From: an uncultured Phycisphaerales bacterium
GTDB taxonomy: Bacteria; Planctomycetota; Phycisphaerae; Tepidisphaerales; Tepidisphaeraceae
DNA length: 64,000 nucleotides
Direction of reading: 5' to 3'
Assembly (NCBI GenBank): GCA_963755915.1
Contig: CAVWLP010000003.1
Span: forward strand, 480,001-544,000
Numbering within the stretch: position 1 is the stretch's first letter; the number at the start of each line of letters is the position of its first letter. The notes below the pieces were generated by a model. It saw only the letters and a program-made list of their open reading frames with translations. It made no database searches and was not told the DNA's origin. A program made the translations under genes and the position numbers. Positions 1 to 8,937 of the stretch are shown here, piece after piece.

Positions 1-2
1 GC

Positions 3-776
3 TATGGGAAAAATGGCGGCTCATCCGACGGCCACAATCCGTATGCCCGCGCGGCGACCGCATGGGACGAACGAATTGGATCGGCGCGGGTACAGGCGCA
101 CAACTGGCGTGTCATAGCCTTTGCGGCGATGGCGTTGGCGCTCATCTCGACAACTGGCGCGGTCGTGTTGGGAATCAAGAAACAGGTGGCCACCTACGTC
201 GTCGAGGTGGATAAGGCGGGAATGCCGGGGCGGATCACACTGGCCAGTGAAACCTATCGACCCGAGGCAGCGCAAGTCGGTTACTTCATCGGTGAGGTCG
301 TGCGCCTCGTGCGCGAACGGCCGCTCGATCCGGTCGTCATGCGCCAGCAGTGGACCAAGGCGTATCAGTTCCTCGCAGGCTCGGCTGTGAATGGAATGAA
401 CGAATACGCCACCGGCGACAACGGACTCAAGAATGTGCCGGGCAATGGCGCTACCGCGCGCACCGTGGAAATCAGCAGCATCCTGCAGAAGTCGAGTGAC
501 ACCTATCAGGTTCGTTGGGTCGAATCGACCTATTCCAGCGGAATGCTCCGCTCGCGCGAGCAATACACGGGACTCTTTCAGGTAAAGGTGATGCCGCCGA
601 GGGACGAAGCGGATTCGTTCAAAAATCCAATAGGCGTCTACATCACCAACTTCACCTGGAGCCGGGAATTTTCGGGGCCGGTACTGAGAGACGACAGTGT
701 GCGCCCCGCGGCTACACCGAATCCCACAAACTCGAATCCGACAGAGTCGTCCTCTGACCAAGGAGAACGGCAATGA
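3..776 (+). CDS. trbF: Conjugal transfer protein TrbF (VirB8-like), 5' end outside window
   Basis: Frame open from base 3: NPYARAATAWDERIGSARVQAHNWR plus C-terminal KNPIGVYITNFTWSRE, both TrbF signatures. Confidence 0.92.
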   Translation, partial: YGKNGGSSDGHNPYARAATAWDERIGSARVQAHNWRVIAFAAMALALISTTGAVVLGIKKQVATYVVEVDKAGMPGRITLASETYRPEAAQVGYFIGEVVRLVRERPLDPVVMRQQWTKAYQFLAGSAVNGMNEYATGDNGLKNVPGNGATARTVEISSILQKSSDTYQVRWVESTYSSGMLRSREQYTGLFQVKVMPPRDEADSFKNPIGVYITNFTWSREFSGPVLRDDSVRPAATPNPTNSNPTESSSDQGERQ

Positions 777-1776
777 GCCTTCAAAAGCCAATACTGGTGT
801 GCGCTTTAGTTTTGATCTCGCTGGTTGCTGGTTGTGAGACAACTGATCCGCCGTCGGTCGTCGTCATGCCGGATTCGCGCCTGCGCCCGCGATGCGGCTT
901 ATGGATGATTCGGATTGCGCGATGCCAAAAATCGTTGAAGTGCGAGTGCCGGTTCCCAGCCCTCAGCTTCGTCCAATCGGAACGGACAGTGCTACTAGGA
1001 TGCCTCTGACAGGCGCCGCGGCCATTGCATCAGCAAAAGCGGGGGCAACAACGCAGCCAAGTATGGATGATTTCCTGAACGCAATTCAGTATTACGACTA
1101 TGCGCCCGGCGTCGTCTACACGGCCGTTACCAGTCCCGGCTACGTCACCACGATCGCGTTGCGCCCCGGTGAAAGGCTCATCACGGCGGCCGCGGGCGAT
1201 ACGACTCGGTGGCTCGTGCAGAGCGTCGAGTCCGGCTCGGGTCAATCAGAGCAAACGCTGCTTCTGGTCAAGCCGCGTAAGGGCGGACTACAAACGAACC
1301 TGCTTATCACAACCGACCAGCGAGTTTACACCCTGGACCTGACCAGTACGGACTCCAACACATATCACACGATGATCGCCTGGAACTATCCATACGGTGA
1401 CCTCGTGATGATCCGCGACCAAGTTGCCGAGCGACAGATGGTGGCGCAGGCCACGATCGCCTCGGGGCTGGATCTGTCCAAGGCCAACTTCAACTATCTC
1501 ATCCTGCGTCAGAAGCATTCTTCGACGCCGGCTTGGTGCCCGCTTCGGGCATTTGATGATGGCCAGAAAACTTACATTCAGTTCCCACCCAAAGTGACCG
1601 TCACAGAAGCACCGCCTCTGTTTGTGCTTGGACACAACGGCGATGCGCAGCTCGTGAATTACCGGGTCAAGGGTGATTGGTACATCGTTGATCGACTGTT
1701 CGACAAAGCGGAGCTGCGCATCGGCCAGGCTCCGCAGACAGTCGTGGGAATCGTTCGCGCCGATGCGCAGGATTGA
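773..1776 (+). CDS. trbG: P-type conjugative transfer protein TrbG (VirB9-like); one frameshift near 875
   Basis: Lipoprotein-like signal (LVAGC) in ORF 773, then NAIQYYDYAPG, AAGDTTRW, TNLLITTDQRVY, WCPLRAFDDGQKTYIQFP, LVNYRV, YIVDRLF in ORF 892..1776; ATGA overlap with trbF. Confidence 0.9.
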
Positions 1777-1789
1777 TTGAGGAACCGCG

Positions 1790-3103
1790 ATGAATCCGAC
1801 CCTCAATAGCGGACCCGGACAAACCGGGGTACAGAATGCCAATGGCGGCGAACCGGTTTTGTCGATCCGGGGCATCCGGCCTGGCGTAACGCGGGTCAGC
1901 CGCCGAGCGGTGATGATCGCGGGCATCTTCGGAGCGGCGTTGGGCTTGGTCATTCTGATGCTCGGATTTGGTGGGCGCAGCGGCACGCCGCGGGATGCGG
2001 TGGCGGATGAAAATGCGATCCGTCCGTCCGGGCCAATTGAATCGGTAAAAGATTTGCCGAAGGATTACACGTTCGACGTAAACCAAGCGGGCCAAGGGAT
2101 CGACTATGAAGGATTGACGGGGCAGACCGGCTCGGGGGCCACGACGGGCCCGACAGGACTTTCGCCTCAAGAGCGAGCCATTGCCGAACAAATCCGGCAA
2201 TTCGCTGAAATGCGACGGAAGATGTTGGAACTTCAGCAGAAGGAACAGCAACAGGCTTTGGATTCGCCGCTTGTCTTTGCCGCCGCAAAATCAATCGGCA
2301 CGTCGAGTGCGCTTAATCCGACCACGATGCCGTCGCTGATGGCGCTTGGCGGTGTGGATTCTCATGTGCGCGGCGATGCACCTCTTCCAGGAATGGATGC
2401 GGGCATTGGCGGGTTTGGAATCCCACAAGCTGGCGTCGTCGTCGAGAACCAACAGCGAGACAAGGAAGCGTTTTTGAGCCAAGCCGCGGCCGTCGAGCCG
2501 TATCTGGCCAAGCCGCTGTTGGACCCGATCTTAAAATATGAACTCAAAGCGGGGAGTGTCATCCCCGGCGCACTCGTGACGGCGATCAACACAGACTTGC
2601 CGGGCGAAGTGATCGGCCAGGTCACGGAAAACGTCTTTGACTCCGTCTCCGGCAAGTACCTGTTGATTCCCCAAGGATCGAAGCTGCTTGGCAAATACCA
2701 AAGCCTCATCAGCAACGGACAAAACAGGGCACTGGTCGTCTGGCAGCGGCTGATTTACCCCAACGGACAATCGATCGTCCTCGATGGGATGCCAGGGACG
2801 GATGAAGCCGGACAATCGGGTTTGCAGGATCAAGTGGATTATCACCTGGACAAACTCGCGGCGGGTGCGGCATTCTCTACAGCCCTTGCCTACGCCGGGA
2901 ACTTGGCTCGCAATCCCAATAGCAGCAGCGGCAACAACGGCCAAGACGTGGTTGGCGATACGGTGGCTCAAGAGGCGAACCGGATCGGCGAAAAGATCAT
3001 CGACCGCGAACTCGACGTGCAACCAACGATCACAATCCGCCAAGGTTGGCCGCTGCGCGTGTTGGTGAACAAGGATATGGTGTTGGCGCCGTATCAGCCT
3101 TAG
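1790..3103 (+). CDS. trbI: TrbI/VirB10 family conjugal transfer protein
   Basis: N-terminal TM; YELKAGSVIPGALVTAINTDLPG, LIPQGSKLLGKY, QPTITIRQGWPLRVLVNKD. Confidence 0.93.
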   Translation: MNPTLNSGPGQTGVQNANGGEPVLSIRGIRPGVTRVSRRAVMIAGIFGAALGLVILMLGFGGRSGTPRDAVADENAIRPSGPIESVKDLPKDYTFDVNQAGQGIDYEGLTGQTGSGATTGPTGLSPQERAIAEQIRQFAEMRRKMLELQQKEQQQALDSPLVFAAAKSIGTSSALNPTTMPSLMALGGVDSHVRGDAPLPGMDAGIGGFGIPQAGVVVENQQRDKEAFLSQAAAVEPYLAKPLLDPILKYELKAGSVIPGALVTAINTDLPGEVIGQVTENVFDSVSGKYLLIPQGSKLLGKYQSLISNGQNRALVVWQRLIYPNGQSIVLDGMPGTDEAGQSGLQDQVDYHLDKLAAGAAFSTALAYAGNLARNPNSSSGNNGQDVVGDTVAQEANRIGEKIIDRELDVQPTITIRQGWPLRVLVNKDMVLAPYQP

Positions 3104-3117
3104 TGGGAGAGACTGTT

Positions 3118-3402
3118 ATGCCGGAGATTTCACTGCCGCCGTTCCATGTGACAACTCGCACAAAGCTGGTCCTGGAAATCAGCCACGATTTGGCGGCGGA
3201 CATCGCGCGATACCGCGAGTTCTACAAGCAGGCGTACAGCGCCGATGTTTCCGAATCCGATCTCGTTCGGGAAATGGCGCGGCGTTTTATGGACGCCGAC
3301 CGTGAATTCCAGGCGGTGAAACACGGCTTCAAGGCACGATCCAACGGCTCGCGGCGATCCAAACCGTCCGCGCCGACACCGATCGAGGCGAGTGCAACAT
3401 GA
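3118..3402 (+). CDS. DUF2274 domain protein (Tn4371-family, follows trbI)
   Basis: DLAADIARYREFYKQAY...DLVREMARRFMDADREF; position directly after trbI; GGGAGA upstream of ATG 3118. Confidence 0.75.
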   Translation: MPEISLPPFHVTTRTKLVLEISHDLAADIARYREFYKQAYSADVSESDLVREMARRFMDADREFQAVKHGFKARSNGSRRSKPSAPTPIEASAT

Positions 3403-3692
3403 TCGCGGTGACGGCAACATTCGCGGTGCTCAAGCGGCAGATATCGCCCGCCTCGATCCAGGTGTTGACGATTTTGACCAACTTGGCAGATATCGAGCCG
3501 CATGACGCCATCGCGCCGGCATTGCCAACCTATTCCGAAGCCGTGCGAATTGCCACCGAGCGTGGATTGACCCGCCAGCCGCGCATCGGATTCCTTAAGC
3601 AACTTGGCGTTGCGGAGTATGTGCCGGTGTGCGAGCGCATCGTCTTCGGCTCTCCTGAAGAACTTGACACATTAGCGGCCGCGATGGCCTGA
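3399..3692 (+). CDS. Hypothetical protein
   Basis: 97-aa ORF with ATGA overlap to the DUF2274 gene. Confidence 0.5.
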   Translation: MIAVTATFAVLKRQISPASIQVLTILTNLADIEPHDAIAPALPTYSEAVRIATERGLTRQPRIGFLKQLGVAEYVPVCERIVFGSPEELDTLAAAMA

Positions 3693-3722
3693 AATTGAAC
3701 CCAACCCAATTGGAGGTGTACC

Positions 3723-4019
3723 GTGGCCCAAGCGATAGCAGTTCAAAATAAGTCGGAAAAAGCAGCGAACCGCCCGATTCATACAATCCGGTATGGCGCG
3801 GTCCGAGCGGCGATCTGGCGCAATGTCGTGGACAACGGGAACGCCAGCAAACCCATGCATAACGTGACATTCAGCCGATCATACAAAGACGGCGAGAATA
3901 ATTGGAAAGACAGTACGAGCTTCGGCGTGGATGACCTGCTGCTCCTGGCGAAAGCCGCCGATGAGGCGCATACGTGGATCACCCGGCAGAAGCCTACGGC
4001 TACCGCTGCCTCCAATTGA
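3723..4019 (+). CDS. Small conserved protein, putative PC4-like ssDNA-binding fold (paralog of 24827..25093)
   Basis: GGAGG RBS; IRYGAVRAAIWRN..VTFSRSYKD..WKDSTSFGVDDLLLLAK. The fold is inference. Confidence 0.75.
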   Translation: MAQAIAVQNKSEKAANRPIHTIRYGAVRAAIWRNVVDNGNASKPMHNVTFSRSYKDGENNWKDSTSFGVDDLLLLAKAADEAHTWITRQKPTATAASN

Positions 4020-4032
4020 CGGCCAAAGGAAC

Positions 4033-5235
4033 TCAAAGCCGCTGCAACAGGCGCAGCTCGCGCCGAAGCTCCGCCCTTAATTGCGTTTCGGTGGGAACAT
4101 GGAGTTGGTAGCGACTGGCAAAGATATTTTTCCGATACCCTTTGCCCAATGTGTAGCGCACCGCCGCCTCGTTCTTGTCCGTACAGAGGATCAACCCTAG
4201 TGTCGGCTGGTCGCCCTTTGTTCGGCGTTCCTCGTCGTAATAATTCACATACAGTTGAAGCTGTCCTAAATCCTGATGTGTGAGCTTGCCCACCTTTAGA
4301 TCAAGCAGCACGAAGCATTTTAAGATGGTGTGATAGAACACGAGATCGATGTAAAAGTGATCCCCATCAATTGTGATTCGTTCCTGCCGGGCGACAAAAG
4401 CAAAACCTTTGCCCATTTCCAGCAGGAAGGTGCGCAGATTGTCGATCAACGCCTGTTCGAGATCGGTTTCGACAAGTTTCGGAAACTCCGGTAGTCCCAA
4501 GAATTCCATCACTGCCGGGTCTTTGAATATATCTTCCGGCTTCCGCACCTCATGTCCCTTTGCGGCCAGGCGCAAGAGGCCCTTTTTGTCCTTGCTCAGC
4601 GCCAACCGTTCGTAAAGGAGACTGTTAATCTGCCGCTCCAATTCGCGCGCTGACCAGCCGTTCTTAATCGTCTCGACCTCATAAAATGATCGAGCCTCCG
4701 CTTTGTCGACGCGAAGCAGTGTGCGGTAATGCGTCCACGACAGATGGAGATGCAAAATACCGGGTTTCCAGAGTCCACCCTGCAAAGGATAGTGAATCAG
4801 CACCGAAGCCGGGGCCGGTATTTTGGCACGCGCCGCGCCGGCCGGCGCATATTTTCGCGGCGAATCCAATTGCCCACGCGCTGCGTGGGCAATTTCAAGC
4901 AACTTCACCGCACCTGATTCCCCACGCGCCGCGTGGGCAATGCTGAGCGATACCAACCTTGGATATGTGAGATAGAAAGCCCGGAAATGCTCCAGGTTGT
5001 TCTTAGTAAAGCCCCGTCCAAAATCTTTGGTTAGACGTTCGGCAAGATCGGCAATCAACCGTGTTCCATAATCCGCTCGTCTCTGCCCGCCCTGTTCCTC
5101 CTCCACGATCTCCCGACCGATCAACCAATTGGCCACCACCTGCGTCGAGTTCACCGACCGCGCAATGTTTGACCGGGCCGATTCGAGAATGCCTCTGATA
5201 CGGTCGTAAATGGCAGTCGGTTTAGGTGCCTTCAT
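4033..5235 (-). CDS. YhcG/DUF1016 family PD-(D/E)XK nuclease
   Basis: ANWLIGREIVEEEQGG, LSWTHY, WSARELERQI, KDPAVMEFLGL, FLLEMGKGFAFVARQ, YIDLVFYH, DLK, QLQLYVNYYD. Confidence 0.92.
   Translation of the reverse strand: MKAPKPTAIYDRIRGILESARSNIARSVNSTQVVANWLIGREIVEEEQGGQRRADYGTRLIADLAERLTKDFGRGFTKNNLEHFRAFYLTYPRLVSLSIAHAARGESGAVKLLEIAHAARGQLDSPRKYAPAGAARAKIPAPASVLIHYPLQGGLWKPGILHLHLSWTHYRTLLRVDKAEARSFYEVETIKNGWSARELERQINSLLYERLALSKDKKGLLRLAAKGHEVRKPEDIFKDPAVMEFLGLPEFPKLVETDLEQALIDNLRTFLLEMGKGFAFVARQERITIDGDHFYIDLVFYHTILKCFVLLDLKVGKLTHQDLGQLQLYVNYYDEERRTKGDQPTLGLILCTDKNEAAVRYTLGKGYRKNIFASRYQLHVPTETQLRAELRRELRLLQRL
4868..4940. repeat. Two in-frame palindromic repeat units inside yhcG
   Basis: AATTGCCCACGC-gct-GCGTGGGCAATT (4868-4894, perfect 12-bp stem) and CCCACGC-gcc-GCGTGGG (4921-4937); each encodes IAHAARG. 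Confidence 0.8.
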
Positions 5236-5459
5236 CGTCTGCCTTTCCCGGCCAGCGCACCTAACAGGCTCGGATCGCAATCCCTGCTTCGGTTGTCTTG
5301 CCCAGTCCAACTTCATCAGCCGGGATGCTCAATACGGGGGAGCCAAATGCCCGACCGGATGCCTTTGGCATGATATCAGATCGCATCGTTTTGAAGCCAG
5401 CAAATGGCGCGGAATAAGGCGGCGAGCACACATCACGACGAGAAATCTGAAAACAGTTG

Positions 5460-6428
5460 TCATGTGTCGTTCTTCATTTCGTGGAGCACATAATCGTTCT
5501 TGCCGAATCCTTTGACCTCCACGATGCTGCGGACGGCTCGGCCCGGCCGCGCATTCGTTCGCTCAATGAAGACGAGCAGATTCACGGCCGATGCGATGGA
5601 CCGTTTTGGAACGATCTGCGACGCCTCGCCCACTAAGTCTTCAATGCGCCGCAGCGCATCGGCGGCCGAGTTTGCGTGGATTGTTGCTACACCGCCAGGG
5701 TGGCCGGTGTTCCATGCCTTCAACATCGCCAGCGCCTCAGGTCCCCGCACCTCACCGATGATGATCCGATCCGGTCGAAGGCGCAATGTCATGCGGAGCA
5801 AATCGGTCATCGTCACTCGCGGCTCGGTATTCTTCGTCAGCAGCTCAACCTTGTCGTCCGCCGGGCATTGAAGCTCCTTGGTGTCCTCAATCAGGACGAT
5901 GCGATCACTCCTGAACGGCGGCTCCGACAGGATCGCATTGACCAGCGTGGTTTTTCCTGATCCGGTTCCGCCGGCAACCAGAATGTTCTTCCGGTCAACT
6001 ACGGCACGGCGGATCACATCGGCGCCATCCGCCGGAAGAATTCCCTTGGTCACATAATCGTCGATGGTAAAAACAATTGACGCCCGCTTACGAATGGTGA
6101 ACACGGGTCGCTCGGCCAATGGCGGCAACAGCCCTTGGAAACGTTCGCCGCTCCGAGGCAAAACGCCGGCCACGGCGGGCCGTTCTGGCGTGACGGTTTC
6201 TCCCATGTGGCTGGCCAGTAGCCGAATGGTGGTCTCTGCTGCCGGCGGTTCAATTCGGCCAATCTTTTCCCGTCCTACGCCAGCCCGATCGACCCACAAC
6301 GTCCCATCGGGGTTCGCCATAATTTCTACCACGTCAGGTTGGGCGAGGGCATTCGCCACCAACGGACCCAGCGCGTGATATAAACTTTCCTGATGACGAT
6401 GATGAACGGTGTTCGTGTTGGATGCCAT
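5460..6428 (-). CDS. trbB: P-type conjugative transfer ATPase TrbB (VirB11-like)
   Basis: EIMANPDGTLWVDR, Walker A GGTGSGKTT, IEDTKELQC, LRLRPDRIIIGEVRGPEA, WNTGHPGG. Confidence 0.95.
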   Translation of the reverse strand: MASNTNTVHHRHQESLYHALGPLVANALAQPDVVEIMANPDGTLWVDRAGVGREKIGRIEPPAAETTIRLLASHMGETVTPERPAVAGVLPRSGERFQGLLPPLAERPVFTIRKRASIVFTIDDYVTKGILPADGADVIRRAVVDRKNILVAGGTGSGKTTLVNAILSEPPFRSDRIVLIEDTKELQCPADDKVELLTKNTEPRVTMTDLLRMTLRLRPDRIIIGEVRGPEALAMLKAWNTGHPGGVATIHANSAADALRRIEDLVGEASQIVPKRSIASAVNLLVFIERTNARPGRAVRSIVEVKGFGKNDYVLHEMKNDT

Positions 6429-6456
6429 GATCGACCGCTTCTTTCTGTTTCTTCAA

Positions 6457-7086
6457 TTACTTCTCATCTGATCGCCCGAATAATCCCCAGCTCTCACGCC
6501 CATGTGAAAGCTGCCGGGACGACGAGTGGGCTGCTGTGTGCGCCGGCGATGGCCGCCGATCACTGGCACCGACACCTTCGCCCGCGATCGACTTCGCCGT
6601 CTCCTGCGGTTGGACAGATTTCGTGGTGGCCTCTTCCTGTGAGGATGATTTCCCCATCTCAGACTCCGGGTCAAGGGAGGGAATGTCACTCAAGATCGAC
6701 TCGCCGGTGCGAAGATTTCTGGCGAGCAGATCCAGAAAGCGATGGAACCGTTGCTTGCCGCTGAGCAGCGCCGCTGTTTTCAAGGCATCGGGAATCGCCG
6801 TTGCGTGATTGAAGAATGATCGCATCCCCAGCCCGACCATTTCCTTGAGCACCTGAATGTCGAGCCGAAGCTGCTGTTCCAATCGGCGCAGGGCATGGAA
6901 GTTTCGGTCGGCGGCCTTGAGGATTTCCTGTTCGCGCTCACTGCGGTAGCTGGACAGCAGCGATTCCTTCGCCGCCTCGGCAAGCGCAGCGGAGAGAGAC
7001 ACTTTCATCTCGCTCGCCCGCTGCCTGGCCGCCTGCAACACCCGCGGCTCCAACCGGACCGTGACCTGAACACGATTTCCTTTCAC
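6457..7086 (-). CDS. CopG-like ribbon-helix-helix protein of Tn4371-type ICEs
   Basis: N-terminal VQVTVRLEP strand plus helices; located between traG and trbB as in Tn4371-family elements. Confidence 0.65.
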   Translation of the reverse strand: MKGNRVQVTVRLEPRVLQAARQRASEMKVSLSAALAEAAKESLLSSYRSEREQEILKAADRNFHALRRLEQQLRLDIQVLKEMVGLGMRSFFNHATAIPDALKTAALLSGKQRFHRFLDLLARNLRTGESILSDIPSLDPESEMGKSSSQEEATTKSVQPQETAKSIAGEGVGASDRRPSPAHTAAHSSSRQLSHGRESWGLFGRSDEK

Positions 7087-8937
7087 AAATCCCCCTTCGA
7101 GTCATCCCGATCCCCATCGTCGATGTCCTGCTCCAACTCGGCTTCGTCCGGTTCAGGCGAACTTTGGACCAGCGCCGCGTCATAAAGAGGATTTTTCGGT
7201 GGAGTAGGCAACGGCGGTCCTTTCGCCCGCTCGCGCAGCCAGTCAATCGGCGGTTTGTCCGGACCATTCAGGTGCAGCGATTGGTCCGGCGCCGCCAACA
7301 AGCGCGCCATGAATGTCCGATCCGCGAAATACCGCAGCTTCCGGGTTCGCATCGGTTTGTACCCTGTCACAAAAACGAGTTGATCGTCCACCGGCAATTC
7401 CCGGATGTCCCCTGGCGACAATAGCGGCCGGACATGCTCGCTATGGCTGATGGTTCGAGCACCCCAATGCCGTCCCGGCTGCGAATAGCTTTCCCGGTAT
7501 TCGGTCACGGTTCCCGTCATCTGGCTGATGCGCTGGCAGGTAACGGTATCGGCCGCGGCGAAGGTGGTCAGGATGTGGCAATTGTCCAGGATCGTGTTGT
7601 TGGTCCCGTACTGCTCGATGATGTCGTTGAAGGATTGAACGATCAGGTGCGCCTTGATCCCGTAACCCGCCATCTGGCGCAGGTTCATCGTGAAGAAGTC
7701 CAGCCGCCCCAGCGTCGGGAACTCATCGAGTGACAAGAGGAGTCGATGCCGCTTGGGCCGTCCCACGGCGTCGCGATCGAGGTATTCCATCAGCGCTCGA
7801 CAGGCCTGGTTAATCATCAGGCGCACCAATCGGCGCAGCGCGGCGCATCTGAGGGCGGTGGCTGGAGGTAGAGCGTCATGGGCCGATCTAAGCAGACCAA
7901 ATCGCTGAGCCGAAAGTCGCTGGTTGCCGTGTTGCGGGCAACGATGTCGTCCGCCCACAACGTGAGGTATGCTGCGGCCGTGCCGCACACGCTGGCTTGG
8001 AACTTCTCCGGTTGTCGGCGCAGCTCGTTGGCCACCAGCGCCACTTCCGGATGAACTTCCGGCACGCCCGTCTGTGGATTGAAGCGGTGCGGTGTGCGGA
8101 TCATCGCCTTGCTGGTGTTCTTGAAATCCAGCAAGCGCGCCCGGACCGTCGCCAGGTTCTTGTGCGATTCCGGCTCGGTGTACAACACGTGCAGGATCAG
8201 CGCCACGAGAAACTGGCTGGCCTGCTGGTCCCAAATGTCCATCGTGTGTTTCGCGCCGGTGGGATTGACCAGCATCTCGACGATGTTCTGCGCGTCCCGG
8301 ATTTCGTTCGCTCCGCGGCGGATTTCAAAGAGGGGATTGAATCGGGCGCTGTCAGGCCGGGTCGGATTGAAGAACAGGCAAGGGCCGAGCGTCGCCCGAA
8401 AGCCCGCGGTGACGTCCCACAGTTCATTCTTCACGTCATAGGCCAGGACGCTTCCGTTCCAATTCAAGAGCGTGGGAATCACATGGCCAACCCCCTTGCC
8501 TGACCGGCTGGCGCCGGAGATCAATTGATGCTCAGGTCCGTCATAGGTCAGATCGCGCCCGTGCGCCAGCCCAGGACGGTTCCCTTTCCGTTCAGCAATC
8601 CGGCCGTTTTCATGTCGCGCTTCGTGGCCCATCGATCCCGGCCGAGTTCGCGCACGGGGATGGTGCGAAGCCGGCGCGCCACCACCAACATGAGCGTGGC
8701 CAGAACGAACGAACCCCCGATGACGGCATAGCCAACGTTCAAAGTGTCTGGAATGTCGTCGCCGAATCGCCGGGCCCAGATGATCAGCGCCCAGGGCGGA
8801 TAGATGGTGTGCGCGCCGAAGTGCAAACCGCCCAGCGCCGGATGGTAATTCAGCCGGTAGCCCACCCATTGCGTGGCGGCGATCAGGCCCGCCAGGAGCA
8901 CCAGGACGTAAGCGATGATGAGCCGCCGAGCGGTCAT
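7083..8937 (-). CDS. traG: Type IV coupling protein TraG/VirD4; frameshifts near 8565 and 7840
   Basis: Pieces 8548..8937 (ATQWVGYRLNYHPALG, TM), 7817.. (SRSGKGVGHVIPTLLNW, YDVKNELW, RFNPLFEIR) and 7083.. (LDEFPTLGRLDFF, GYGIKAHLIVQS). Confidence 0.9.
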
